Positions 21,555-35,500 of a stretch of 64,000 bases of DNA are shown in pieces (within the stretch, counting starts at the first letter, position 1; each line of letters opens with the position of its first letter). Below the pieces are notes generated by a model. That model saw only the letters and a list, made by a program, of their open reading frames with translations, was not told the DNA's origin and did no database searches. Made by a program: the position numbers and the translations under genes. Source of the stretch: Paramoeba atlantica. Lineage: Eukaryota; Protista; Discosea. The DNA lies in the NCBI GenBank assembly GCA_977017575.1, contig CDRNVI010000179.1:17396-81395 (forward strand), written 5' to 3'.

Positions 21555-24500
21555 ATGGCAGATGATTTGGATTCTGCTCCTCTAAAACATTATGAGTAAG
21601 AATATTTTTTTGTTTTATTTTTGGGAGAAGACAAAAAGAAAAGAGATTTTTGGGAAAAAGAGAAAAAAGAAAATTAATTCACCTTCTCTTTTCTCTCTCT
21701 CTCTCTTCTCTCTCTCTTTTCTCTCTCTCTCTTCTCTCTCTTCTTCCAAACAAAAAAACAAAAAAACAGTTACATGCCTTCAATAAGAGAAGATGCATCT
21801 TTTGATGACAAATCAAGAATGGAGAGGATCTTGGCTCTTGCTTCCAGAGCTCATCTTTTACCTCGTTATACTTATGCAGCTTGTTTGTGTATGTTTTTCT
21901 TTTCTTTTATATTTAAAAGAGAGAGAAGAGAGAGAAGAGAGAGAGAGAGAGAGAGAAGAGAAGAAAAAGAGAGAAGAAAGAAGAGAGAGGGGAAAAGGCG
22001 CATTTTGGGTTTTGAGTCGAGAGCTCATCTTTTACCTCGTTATACTTATGCAGCTTGTTTATGTATCTTTTTCTTTTCTTTTATATTTAAAAGAGAGAGA
22101 AGAGAGAGAGAGAGAGAGAAAGAGAAGAGGAAAGGAGAGAGAGAGAAGTGAGAAAAGAAAAAAAGAGAAGAAAGAAGAGAGAGGGGAAAAGGCGTATTTT
22201 GGATTTTGAGTCGAGAGCTCGTCTTTTACCTTGTTATTCTTCTCCTTGCTTCGTGAAAGGAAGAGAGAGAAGAAAGAGAAAGAAAAGAGAGAAGAAAGAG
22301 AGAAGAAAGAGAAAGAAAAATGAAAGAGATAGGGAAAAAACGACAAGACAAAGGAAAGAAAGAGAGAGAGAGATAAAGTCTCGATGGATTTATCAACAAA
22401 ACGTAATGATCAAAAGAAAGAGCGAAAATATTGCAAAGAAAAGAAAAGAGAAAGAAAAGAGAAAAGAAAAAGAAAGAAAAGTTAAATTAAACTTGATATT
22501 ATTTTGGAAAAGTTTTTTTTTAATTTATTTTTTTTTATTTTTTTTGAATAATTCGCTATTTTCCTTGTTTTTATTTCTCTAGTAAAATCGTTTGCTGATT
22601 GTTTATTTTTTTAATTTATTTTTTGGTTTATTTTATTTTTTAATTTTAATTTTAATTTTAATTTTAATTTTGTAGTGATGTTACTTGCTGGTTTTGCTAT
22701 TTTAATTGGTTCTATTGTTGGGCAATCTTCTTTGAATCCTATTCCTTCTCAGGTTTTATTTTATTTTTTTTATTTATTTGTTTTTTGTTTTTTGCTTTTG
22801 TTTTCGTTTTTGTTTTTGTTTTATTTATTCTTTCTTTTATTTGTTTGTTTTTGTAATTTATATTCTAGAAATTATTGTTTGTCTCTCGATCTTTAAAATG
22901 AGAACAAATAATAGCCTACCAAATAAATCTCTCTTTCTTGTTTCTTTTTCTCAAATGAATGATAAAAAATAATAACTATTTTTGATATATTTTCTTTTTT
23001 TTGTAGGCTCTTGTTGATACAGTCCCTTACCCTGAAGTTCTTGATGTTATTGGAGGATGTCTTATTGGTTTCTCTTCTCTTCTCTTTTCTTTCTTTCCTT
23101 CCCTTTCCTTTCCTTTCCTTTCTTTTCTTTTCTGTTCTTTTTTCCCTTTCTACCCAACCCATTTTTTTGTTTTTTATTCTTTCATTCTTTTTCAATCAAT
23201 TTTTTTCCAATTCTTTTTTTGTTTGTTTGTTTTCTAATCTTTTTTTTTATTACTTTTTACAGTAATGTCACTTGCTGGAGTAGTTGTGGGATGGGTGAAC
23301 AAACTAATTGTCCTGAAAGTCTATTTTGGGGTCTTTTTAATTTTCTTTCTAATACAAGGTTTTTTTCTTCTTTTGATCATATTTTTTCTTTCTTTCTTTC
23401 TTTCTTTTTTGGGTTTGTTGAGAAAAAAATGGCAGGGATATGTATGGTCGGTCTTCAATTTTGGGATGATTTGGCAATGGAATCTTCTGAGGTTTTTCCT
23501 TTTTTTTCCTTGGATAAAAAAATTCATCAGAAAAAGAAGAAGCTAAATTTGATCAAAATAGGGTTTCTTTGACACAGCAGTTGGCGAATTTGAGATCATG
23601 GTATTATATCTTCTTTTCTTCTATTTTCAAAAATCAACAGTTCCTTTTTTGAATTAAAAAAAAATGACATGATTTCTCATTCTCAGGAAGCAATGTGTTG
23701 TTGTGGTTGGGAGATAGGGTCTGAGCTTGACAATTGCACACAAATTACTCCCTCTCCCTCTCCCTCTCCAACACCACCTCCAACTCCAACACCAACACCA
23801 ACACCATCTCCAACTCCAACACCGTCTCCATCTCCAACACCATCTCCATCTCCAATACCATCTCCAACACCATCACCATCTCCAATTCCATCACCATCTC
23901 CAATTCCATCACCGTCCCCAACTCCATCACCGTCCCCAACTCCATCACCGTCCCCAACTCCATCACCATCTCCAACTCCATCACCATCTCCAACTCCAAC
24001 TCCAACACCAACTCCAATACCAACTCCATCACCAACACCAACTCCATCACCAACACCAACTCCATCACCAACACCAACTCCATCACCAACACCAACACCA
24101 ACTCCAACTCCAACACCAACACCGACTCCAACACCGACTCCATCACCAACTCCAACACCAACACCAACTCCAACGGAGGACACTGATGATTTTGATGATT
24201 CTGATTCAATTGGTGTTGATTCTTTGCGGTTTGTAGTTTTTTTTTGATGAATGGAGTTTGAGTGACCCAAATTATAAATTATAAATTTTTAATTACAAAT
24301 TTATTTTTTATTGAAAAATTAAAATAACCCAAAATATTCTTTTTTTCCACATTTTAGATCTTTTCAAATTTTTAATGGATGTTAAAAAATAAATAGGAAT
24401 GCAGAAATTCTTGATTGTAATTTTGATCAACCCTTGCCAGGATGTTACGATCTCATTTACAGTTTGTTTTTCATCTTTTCTTTGTTTTGGTTGTTTTGTG

Positions 24501-24895
24501 ATTTCAATTGTTTCTTTGTCAGTAATCATTCTCACGATTTGAATTTTTAAAGGTAAAGTTGAAGATGCTCAAGATTCAATGAGTTTAGGAATGGAGATTG
24601 GACTCATCCTCGAGGTTCAAAAAAAATGAAAAATCAGAAAATAGAAAAAAGGAAAAAAGGATTAAGAAAAAGAAAAGAAAGATGAGAAGAAAATTCTTGT
24701 TAGAAAATGTTGTTCAAAATATTGATTTCTGAATAGATACTCGCCCTCCTCGGATTACTATTGGCATTATTTTTAACAAGACACAGAGAAAGCATCAGTT
24801 TTTATGACGATTTTGAGTTAACAGCCTCTTTTCTTGATGATGATGATGATGATGTCAGCCTTGATGATTATAGTCCTGATGAATTTGATTATTAA
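21555..24895 (+). CDS. Tetraspanin-like protein with ~143-aa Pro-Thr/Pro-Ser insert in the large extracellular loop and an acidic C-tail
   Basis: Spliced model gives four TM segments, CCG motif (EAMCCCGW), distal loop cysteines (LDC...PGCYDLI), TM4 with polar Glu ([20 protein letters not shown]). Confidence 0.75.
23747..24175 (+). repeat. Coding (PT/PS)n repeat, ~143 codons
   Basis: ORF 23669-24247 alternates Pro with Thr/Ser/Ile; nucleotide repeat of cca/act/tct/ccg. Confidence 0.95.
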
Positions 24896-25260
24896 TCTTT
24901 TCTTTTTTTTTTTCAATTTGTGAATTTGTGATGTTTCGTTTGTTTTTTTTTTGGTTTATGGTGTTGTGGGGCGGTGGTGTGTGTTTTTTGAATTGGATTC
25001 ATTTTTTGGGTGGAGTTTTGTTGTTTTTTTGTTTGGGGGTGGGTGGAGGGGAGAGAAAGAGAGAAAGAGGGAGGGGGGGTGAGGTTCAAGAAAGATATTC
25101 ATTTTCGTACTCTTTCAAAAATTAATAAAAACAATAAAAATCAACTTTTATTGTTGTGGTCAGTCTGGTCTTTTTTTTACAAGACAGAGAAGTCTCTCTT
25201 TAGAAAGATTGAGAGCAGTTTTTCCTTTTTGTTTTCAGGGGTGTTGTTGGAACCAACGTT

Positions 25261-26124
25261 TTACACTTTCTTTTGGGAAGTCGCAAAGAACTCAAAGAAG
25301 GCAAGACAATGAGAAACGTGGAGGGGAAAATAGAGGAGGATCGCCGAAGGGATGAGGATTGTCGAATGAACAAGAAAGTCAGAAAACCAAGAGAGAAGAA
25401 GTTCTTCTATTGTTCTCTCAAAGAGGAAGCTAATTCCCCAGAGGAGAGAAAGAGGATTTAACAATCCGAGAAACAATCCTGTCACAACCACCTATTCCTT
25501 ATGTTTAGAAAAAATTATTTTCCTCATTTTTTTTTGAGAAGAGAGAAACAAACATGAAGAGGAGATGAAAGAGAAAGAGGGAGGAGAGCATGAAAAGAAA
25601 TTAATGAAGCCCAGACGACTGCTTGGCTAAAATTTACAATGGCGACACAACTGCAAAACACAGCAAAGTAAGTAAAAAAAAATGTTTTAAAATGCAATCG
25701 AGAAAAGATAAAAGAAAAAAAACCTCAAAAACAATGAGGCAGTAACAATAGCCGTCCATCTCTTTGCAAAATAAACAGCGTCTCTCCCTGAAAAAAAACA
25801 CACCAACATCATGAGAAAAAATCCAAAAACCAAGAACCACATCAAAAAGAAAATTAAAAGAAAATTAAAAATAAAAACCATCATCATTTGGGAGAAAGAT
25901 TGTAAAACTACCAAATATCAAAAAGGGGATAAAAGGAATGAAATTCAATTCCTCAGAATTCTATGAAAAGAATTAATTAAAATAAAAGATATTGAATGAG
26001 AGAAGAAATCCAGAAAAAAAAACCCCTAAATAAGATAAAAGGACCAAAGAGCCAAAGGAACAAAGAAAGAGAATCAAAGTCGAGACCATACTCCCTTTTA
26101 AAGCTACAAACAAAAGTAAATGAA

Positions 26125-26155
<31 letters not shown>

Positions 26156-28473
26156 AAAGGAAAAGTAAAATAACATTTCCATTTGAGGAGGGGACCATAT
26201 CCTCCTTCAACCACAAAAACAATCACTGGCGCGCCAATCAAACCTGCCATCATCTCATTCATTAGAAATAGAAAGAGGGTGAGATTGAAGAGAGGAAAGA
26301 GAAAGAGAAAGAAAGAGAAAAAGAAAGAAAGAGAAAGAGAAAGAGAAAGAAAACCAAGAGAGATCATATACTGCCCAATCGAAACATAAATCTGTGCGTG
26401 TGGTAAAATATAATGATAAAATGATTGATGAAATGTTTCAATCAAATTATTACAACTTCGAATTAATCCTAATTTTGGAATAAAATAATTAAAAAAAAGA
26501 GTGAATCTTCTAAATTTTCTCTTCTGTTCAGATATTTTTTTCTCTTTCTTGAATTATTCTCTTTCTTAATTTACTTTTAATACTTACTTTCTTCAAAACT
26601 CAAAAAAAAAAAACACAAACCAACAACCACACGCCCAATCTTACTTCTCTCTTGATAAAGTAAAGAAAAAGGATAAGAGAAAGTTAAAGCATCCATACGA
26701 TATTGTAACAGATGAGAGTGAAGACCCGATGGATGGCCAACAGCTTGTTGGACCATTCCCCAAATAAAAGTTTCCACTGGTCCTGGTGTCAATCGAACTC
26801 CAAAATCTGAGATTGATTTGGAAAAAAAGAAGAATTAATTTATTAAAAGAAAAAAAAAACACAAGAGAGAGAGAGAGAAAAAAATCTCATGAAAAAAAAA
26901 ATCTCAAAAAAAAATCCAAAAAAAAAAAGAAAGAAAGAAAAAGGTACTTGATGAAACGAAATGAATAGCAGAACGAATATAAGAAACAAAGGGAGAAAAT
27001 GGAGAGGGGAGTCCCTTGTATTGAGGGTCTTGTCGTGTGATGTCGGGTACTCCCGCCCGGATTCTCTCTTTCCCCGCGATTCGAAAAGCACTAAAAAGAA
27101 AAGAAGAAAGAAGAAAGAAGAAAGAAGAAAGAAGAAAGAAGAAAGAAAAATTAAATTGAAAGAATAAAGGAAATGAAGACAAAGAGAGGAAATGAGGGGG
27201 AAAAAAAAGAAACAAACAAATAGAAAACAAAAAAAAAGAGAAAAAAAAAGAGAAAAAAAAAGAGAAAAAACCTATTCAACAAATCTAAATTGGGCAAAAG
27301 ACCATCAACCCCTTGATGCAACATCATCAACTGAACAAAAGAAGGAGAAGAAGAAGAAGAAGAACTTTTCCTTTGAAAAGAAGGAGAAAAATCAAAACAA
27401 ATTCCAACTCGAGGTCTTCCAAGAGGTGGCAATTCATATAAATTCCAATTTGTTGTGTTTTTTTTTGGTTCTGTTTTGTTTGTTGTTCTTGGTAATCCAA
27501 ATTGGTGTGGTTTTGTTGTTTCTTTTAAAAATCTTGATACTAAAAAGTCTTTGTGTTCAATTTCTGGGACTAACAAAATGATATCTATTTTTTAAATTTT
27601 GGTTTAGTAAAAAAAAAGAAAGAAATAATAACAAGAATAATAAGAATAATAAGAATAAATAAATAAATTAAACTGAATTAAACTAAACTAAACCTTTGTT
27701 CAACCAATTGGCAGCCTTCAAAGAACTCAAAATCGAAACAGCAAAAGGAAAAGCAATTTGATCACCATTTCTCTGCTTATTTGAAGAAGAAGAAGAAGAA
27801 GAAGAAGAAGAAGATCCCCCTTCTTTATAAGAATGAGGAGCAACCAATACCATACTCTCTGTACCATACCCTTTCTTTGCTTGAAGAACTCCGATTACCA
27901 TCTGTGCTGTTTCGGAAGAAGAAGAAGAAGAAGAGAAGAGAGGAGAAGAGGAAACGAGAGATGAGGCATTCCAGTGAAAGTGAAGGAGAGAGAGAGAAGA
28001 AAGAGATTTCATGAGGAAGGAGACTTGTGAGGAAATGTTGTTTGGGGGAAGAGTTTTTTGTTCAGATTCCAAAAGATTCATTAAGTTTTGATGAGATGTT
28101 ACATACTTTGCATTTCCTTTTTGTTGGGGAGAGACAGAGAGAGGTTTTGAGAAATTGAAAAGAGAGAAAAACATGAACCAAAATAACAAAGAAAGGAAAC
28201 AAAGAGAATAAACAAAGAAACAAAAGGAAAAGAAAAAAGAAAAAGAAAAAGAAAAAGAAAAAGAAAGAACAGAAATAAAAAAAAAAGAAAAAAAAGAAAA
28301 AAAAGAAACGAAAAAGAAAAAGAAAAAGAAAAACCAGCTGCAGGAATGAGAGCATTTTCAGACAAGTAAGTGTGGTTGGCAACATGATCGGCATAGAAGA
28401 GGAAAGAGACAATCCCCCCAAATAATAATATTATTTTGATTCTGTGTAATACTACCAATAATCGTTCTATCAT
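25261..28473 (-). CDS. GAA1: GPI transamidase subunit GAA1/GPAA1, multi-exon
   Basis: HTYLSENALIP, LKAANWLNKDII, QQAVGHPSGLHSHLLQYRMDALT, IETFHQSFYHYIL..YVSIGQYM and NFSQA motifs, followed by multiple TM segments. Confidence 0.92.
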
Positions 28474-28805
28474 TTTCTTCTTCTCTTTCTTCTCTTTCTT
28501 CTCCTCTTCTCTTTTTTTTTTCTTGTTTTTTTGTGTTTTGTGTTTTGTGTTTTGTGTTTTTTTCTTTTTCTTTTCTTTTTCTTTTTCTCTTTGTTCTGAA
28601 CGTCTAGGTTAAGAACTTTCTCTGAGACTAATCTCTGTGAAGAAAAACAAAAACAAAACCAACACCCCAACCAAAAAAGAAAAAGAAAAAAAGGAAAAAA
28701 AAAATCGAAAAAAAAAGTTTTTAGACCCCTAAAAAAGATTGCGGAGATTCTGATTTCTTTTTTTTTCATTTTTTGTTGCACACAAAACCAGAAAAAGAAA
28801 GAAAA

Positions 28806-29672
28806 ATGTCCTCCCAAGAAATAAAGTGTTGCGCCTGTGCTGCCGCCATTGGCGAATCAGAGAGATTTTGTCCTGGATGTGGCATGCCTCAAAACCCCAA
28901 AAAGAAAGAAGGAACCAAATTAGATGCTACCAAGTTTCGAGATCAAGGCTCAGCAGCTGCTCCATGTTCTTCTTCTCTTTCTCTATTTTTGTGGAGCTCC
29001 CGAAAGGAACTCCTCCTTTCTTTTTTTTTTTTGATTATTTTTTTTGATTAATTTTTTTGATTATTTTTTTTGATTTTTTTTTTCTCAGCTTCTTCCCCAG
29101 CTTCTTCTAGTGATCTGTCTGCTGTTGTTGGAAAGTATGAATACGTGAAACCTGGTTCTGGTGGAGATAAATCGACTCGTTTTTTGACACTCCAGAAAGA
29201 TGGAACAGCCATTTTTTTCGAAAAAGGTTTTGTTGTTGTTGTTGTTTGGAAGTTATTTTTTTTTTTGATTTGGTCCAAAATTGAAAAACCACCACCCTTT
29301 TTGTAGGAGAAAATTCAATGGAGACTTTTGAGATTAATGGAAAAGGGACCTTCTTTGTTGCGAATGGGATGGTTCAGATCTCATTTCCTGAAATTCGAAA
29401 AGAAAATAAGTTGAAAAGGTTTGATTTATTCATTTTTGTTTTGAGTGAAAAGAATTGATTTTGTTTCCATTTCTCCTCATTTCTTTTTCTTTTTTTTTTT
29501 GAAATGCGAAATAGACGAGTTTTGGTTCCTGGAATGGGGGACCCTCATGTCACTGTTGATGATGGAATGGACATTTCAGTCGAAACACTGGTTAATGCCC
29601 CGGCTCATGGAGTTCATAAGTGGAGGAGAGCTTAAGATCGAAGATAAAAAAGAAAGAGAGAAAAAAAAATGA
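28806..29672 (+). CDS. Small hypothetical protein with N-terminal zinc ribbon (CCAC...FCPGCG), ~4 exons
   Basis: CxxC-x10-CxxC zinc-ribbon pattern and GT-AG exons; frame and end of the last exon uncertain. Confidence 0.6.
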
Positions 29673-30031
29673 GATGAAACAAGAAAAAACACAAGGAACA
29701 ACAAACAAACAAACAAACAATCTTTTTTTCTTTATTTTTTTTTTCAAATGGAGAAAGACTCCAAATCGTAAAAAACTTGACCAAAAAGGGGGATCATTTT
29801 TAAGGTTCCCTTTTTTTGGACAGAAATAAAAGGGAGCGGACTTTTTGTGATTGAAAAGGAGCGAAAAATAATGACAAAAAGGGAAAAGTTACTTTGAAGT
29901 ATTAAAAAAGAGACAACTGCACGCTGATTTGGCGGTTTTTGGCAGTTTGGCGGTTTTTTTTTCTTTTTTGTGTTTGTTTTTTTTTTCTTTTTGACGCACA
30001 TCGTCAAAACTCATTCTTCATCAACAGCAGC

Positions 30032-31899
30032 ATGGGTACGAAAGATAAGGGAAAGAAAGAGAAGAAGGAGGATAAGAAGAAGAAGGACAAGAAGGGGCAC
30101 AAGGAACCTCCTCCAGTTTCTCCTCGAGTGACCCGGGATCCGGGTTGGTAGTTTTTTTTTTTTTTTTCCAAATGAACCTTTTTTTTTTCCTTTCTTTTTG
30201 GGGGAAAACAAAAAACGAGTTTTCCCCCAAAAAAGCAATCTTGTGTGCTGTTTTTGGTTGGGTTCTTTTTATTATTATTATTTTATTATTACTCTCCACC
30301 AACTCGATTTTTCCAGGTCCTTCATTTGATTCTGGAAGTGCAGCGTCATCTAGTTCTGTGGTTGCGCCCGCTTCTGGTGCTTCTGGTGAAACACAACCTC
30401 TCTCTTCCATTTCTATGATGGACGAAAAAGTAAACTCTGACGTGATTTTTACTTTGAGTGATGGGAAAACGATTAATACTCACTCTTTTGTTTTGTCTTT
30501 CCGTTGCCCAAAATTGTATGAGTCTTACGCCAAGAAGAAACCAAAGGGTAAATCAAGAAAACCTGTTACTGTTGATATGAAGGAAAATATGAATCCTGAG
30601 AGCTTCCGAATTGTTATTCAGTTCCTTTACGCAGACAACATTGACTTTCCTTCTTTCACTCCTCTCTCTGTGTTGAATATTGTTTTTGCTTCTCACCAGC
30701 TTGAATTGGAGCGTCTTGCTCGTCTTGGTGAAGAACATCTCCGTTCCAACTTAAATCTTGATATGGTGTTCAGTTTGTTGAAAGGTAATCAAAAATTCCT
30801 TCCTCTTTTTCACAAACAAACAATTGATTTTTTTTTGGAGAAGAGAGAGAGAAGAGATTGTCGGTTCAATTATTTTTGTTGAGTCACAAAAAATACTTTG
30901 ATTCTTTTTTCTAACTCATTTTTCATCTCTTTCTATTCTCTCTTTACTTCTCTCTCTGTTTTTGTGTTCTCCTTCTCCTTCTCCTTCTCTCTCTCCTTTC
31001 TGTTTTTTTTTTGTTTTTTTTCTATTAGGGGCTCATGAGCTTGGTGAAATCAGAATCAAAGATTTCTGTATGGATTACGCTCACAAAAACATGAAAGAGT
31101 TTATCAAACGAAAGGAAGATGCGAGAAACCTTGGTGTAGAATTGTTTCAAGAAGTCGTCTCTCTCTCTTTGGAAGAATACAAACCACCTCCTCCTGACAC
31201 AACCCCTATTCCTCCCAATACACTTCATGAAGACTTTGCCAAAATCTATGCGACTACCAAGTCTGGTGAAACCTGTGATGCGTATGTTAACATTGCTGGA
31301 GACAAGATTTTCTTTCACAGGGCTGTTGTTTGCGCACACACCAAACCTTTTGCAAATGCGCTTTCTTCTACCAAGGATGACGATATGACCGATGTTCTTG
31401 GAGTCACAGGAATGGAACCAGATGCGTTCCGATCAGTCTTGAAATTCATCTATTATGGTGATCAAGACATTACCCCTCTTCTTGCTTGTGATTGCGCTCC
31501 TTTTGCCAAACGTTTTGAAGCTTTCGATCTCCAACGAATTACTGAGTCTGTGATCGCACATAATATCTCTGCCAACAATGTTCTCCCCATCCTCAAAGTT
31601 GCCTATCTTCCTGAAAATATGGATCGTGCTGAAATGGCTTCTCTTCGTGCTCATTGCCTCATGTTCTTAACCCAGAATGTTGCTGGTTTTTATTTTCCTT
31701 TTTCTCTTTTTTTGTTATTTTACATATTTTGATTTATTTCCAGTTTTTATTTATTTCTTTCTTTCTCAATCCAAACTGTTTTTTCTTTTAAAATTGAACT
31801 CTTTTTTTTTTTTTAGCGGTCAATTTGGATCCTTTGATGGAGCTTGACATTCGCATTTCTGTGGATATTCTCCGGGCTTGGCAAAAAACTGTCATGTAA
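30032..31899 (+). CDS. Tandem BTB/POZ (BTB-BACK x2) protein with Lys-rich N-terminus
   Basis: SDVIFTL..INTHSFVLSFRCPKL...FRIVIQFLYAD and CDAYV..IFFHRAVVCAHTKPF...FRSVLKFIYYG; 3 introns join in frame. Confidence 0.9.
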
Positions 31900-32590
31900 A
31901 ATGGAATATACGAAAACTCGAAACTTTTTGAAACTCGAAAAATCGAATCAAAATTCCTTCTTCTCGTTTCTCTATCTCTCTCTCTCTCTCTCTTTCCAAA
32001 AACGCAAGTAACTCTTCTTTCTTTCTCCCCTTCTCTGTCTTACCCCTTCTCTTTAAATTTCTCGAGGAATGAAACTTTGATGGAATCGAAGTTCCATTCG
32101 TGAGAGTATACGGTGCAAGTTTGTGTGTGTGTCTTGACAAACAAAATAAATCTGTAACAAAAAAAAAAGACAAGAAGAGAAAAAGAAAAACAAGAAGGAA
32201 GAAGAATAGATTTTGTGTTTCAATCGCTGATTTTGTTTTTTGTCAAAAACGACCGAGGAGATTTTTCAAGTGCCCGAAAAGAACGATTTCGGTGAAAAAA
32301 GCTCTTTCTTCTTTCTCTTTTTTTCGTTGTTGTCACCTTTTTCCAAAAAAGGGAGTGGCAAAACACCGTTCTTTGTTCGCTTTCAGGACCTGGAAAGCGG
32401 TGGCACCTTTGCAAAAGGAGGTTTAAGGTGAGTCTCTTTCACCATTCTTTTTTGGTTCTGGTTCATATTTATTGCCATTGAGAGATCTATTTATTCCTTT
32501 TTTTGTTTTTGTTTTTTTGGGGGGTTGAAAAAATTCTTTCAACGGAAGGAAAAAGAAAATCTTAAAAAATTGTAAAAAGTTGGGAGAGAA

Positions 32591-35500
32591 ATGGCTGAGG
32601 AAGTGTTAGGCGAAGGAGGAGGCCGTGTCCTGCGTTCAGCCTCTAAACTAACAAAACCTAACAAGGAAGAAGAGATGGCAGACGGGAACCACCAATCTCA
32701 ACAAGAAAGGAGAAGAACAAGACAAAACCTGTCACGTGAAGTCGTAGAGATCTTGGAAGCACAGTACCAAATTTGCCCCTATGTTTCCCAGGAAAATTGT
32801 AAGCAGTTGCTTGCCCAAAAAACTGGTTTTTTTTCTTTTCTTTTGACCAACCGCGCAACATTCACCCCCCCCCCAAAACTCTTTTTATCTTTTTATTCAA
32901 CAAAAAAAATAACAGGACTTCCTGCTCAAAAAATTGTCAAGTGGTTTGATAACAGAAGATCAAAAGACCGAAAAAGAAAGAGGCAAATTCAATCAAACGA
33001 TCTTTTATCCCATTCTCATCTCGCAAAAAAGTCTCCCCAACCGTTGCCTCGAGACACTCTTTCTTCCGAACAATATGGACAACCTCAAAAGGGCCACGCA
33101 TCCTACTATTCTTTGAGCGTTCCTCCTTCTACAACTAGAAAAATGATGTCCAGTGGCCCCATGGAAATGGTAAATTCTGCGGCAGTTGCAGCTAGATGGC
33201 CAACATCACCCGCTCAAACAAAAAGAGGAGGAGCTCAAGGCGATATGAAGGCTTCTTTGGCGACTCTTATGAGTGTAGCAGAATCACCCGCCCAACAACA
33301 ACAGAATTCTCAACAACAAGCTGCGCTGGGAGGGTTTCCTTCTCTTGGTTCAGTTAGCGATGGCTCAAGAAAAATGGACTCGGAAATTCAAGATTTTTCA
33401 GCCTATGGTTTGATGTCAAATGCCACAGGTGAAAAGATCCCCCCCCTCCCACTTCCTCCCTTCTTTTCTTTCTTTCCCCCCCCCCCCTCTCTCTCCTCTT
33501 CTTTTTTTCGATAACTTTAATAATCTCGATTTTTTTTGTCTTTCTTTTAGATCCAACAAGAAATGGGTTTTGGGGCAACCAAAAAGACCAGCAGCAGACT
33601 GTCACTCAAAGATTCCATCAAACCCTACTTGAAAAATTAGCTGAAAGTAGAGCTGATGAGAGAGGAATCGGGGGAAATTCACAGCAGTTTCTTGTCCCAA
33701 CCGAACGACCTTTACAATCATTGGGTGAAGTTCACCAAAATGAGAGGGATTGGGCCGAAAATGCTTATTCTCGGAAAGGAAAAGGAGTTGGGAATGATAC
33801 TCTTGGAAAAGGGGAGAAGTCTCCTGTTTTATTCCAACCCTTTTGGAGCCAATTGCAACAACGTTTTTTTTTTGTTTCTTCTTTTTTTTTAGTCTTCCTT
33901 TCTTTTTTAATTGATCAAAAAAAAACATAGAATCAGAGGGCGATACTGATGATTTTCGAGCTATTTTTCGAGTCTATTTTACTGGGCGGAAGCGTGGTTC
34001 CTTCCTTTCTTCTCCTATCTCTGGTTGGTCATTCTCTTTCAAAAAGTTACTTAAGAAAATAGAACCTTTTATTTATTTGTTTATTTTTTATTTTTTTCTT
34101 TGACTGATGAGAACCACAATTTCAGATTTAGACTCTCAACATCTCCATTTGTGTATCAACCATGCATCAAAGTTTGTTTTTCTCTTGATGATTCTTTCCA
34201 AAAGTTGGGCGTCTTTCTAATATTTTTCAAAACTAAAGAGCGTTGGAATGCTTGGCAGAGCGTCTTGTTCATCAAATTCGACATGTTATTCAATCGATGT
34301 CTGCTTTGGTAAGTTGCTCATTTTTTACTTTTGCTAATTGAAACGGCTTTGACGCGGAGGGGGAGATTGTTTTTTTTTTTTTTGAGTTCTTTGTTTTGGT
34401 TTTGCCTCACCTTATTATAAAATAGGATGTTATTGAAATGTTCAAAAATGCACAATACAAAGATCCAAAGAGAACCCTTCATTTCCTCACAAATAATCGT
34501 GAAGGTGCCGAGGCACTTGGTTTTCATCCCTCTGTTCTTTCAAAAATCTCTCGTCTCCTTCCAATGGTAAAGATTTTCTCCTCATTTTTTTCGTTTCCCC
34601 TTTTCCTTCTCTTATTCCATCTCTTATTATGGGGGGGGGTGTCAAAAAATTAACTCTTTTTCAATGAATTAACAGCTTTCCACGATGTTAGAAAGTCAAT
34701 ACTCTTTCCCTGAGCAGAAATATGCTTTCGAGCAGTTACTCAAATGGGTCTGGGCTTATTGGTCGAAGGCTCGAAAGTATGGTTGGTCAACTCCGAAAGT
34801 AAGGCTTCAACAAAGCAAAGAAAATCGACAGAGACTCTCTTCCTCACAAGATTCTGGTGACTTTCTTCCTGCTGCTCTCCCTTCTCCTCGCAGCTCTTGG
34901 GGTTCAGAATTAGAGGGTGGTCGTGTAATAAAAAATGAGACTGGGGGAACACCATCTGTGACGAATGGATCTGGGATGACAAGTGCAACCTGGAGTTCAT
35001 TAGAAACTCCTTCTCAAATGTTTGCAACTCCAAATTACCCTTTTATGTCCCCAATTCCACCTTTTGTTTCTCCTGGATTTGGTGCACCTTTTGAGTCTCC
35101 TTATGCGTTATTTGGGTATCTCTTTCAGTTTTTGAAACAAAAAATATTTTCTTTTGTTTTCTTTTTTTTTGTTACAAATCCGCTAATTTTTTTATTATTA
35201 TTTAAAACACACAGTGAGAAAGGAAAGTTGCATTCAGGGAAAGAGTCCCACAATTCACAATCTTGTGAGACAACTTCATCTTCGCTTGGACCTCCTCTTC
35301 CAGCGCCACAATGTCGACCAGACAAAAATAGCCCTAATGTTGGAAATGTACAGCTCTTGGGCAGTTTGCCACCGGGCAACTCACCTTCCCAATCGACATC
35401 ACGTCTTTTTAATACTTCATCGAGTTCCAATGTAATGACTGAAAACCCCAAGAAGGCTTCTCCTCTTTCTTCAATTGGTGTGTTGAGCTCATTGACTGAA

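Noticed and set aside
17200-23600. Numerous Phe/Leu/Ser-rich or Lys/Arg/Glu-rich ORFs in the ORF track, here and throughout the window
   Set aside because: They come from stop-poor CT/AG simple-sequence introns and intergenic DNA.
23683-24270. Gly-Val/Gly-Asp, His-Gln and Ser-Asn-Thr repeat ORFs
   Set aside because: Alternative-frame and antisense readings of the PT/PS repeat; only the Pro-rich frame splices into the tetraspanin.
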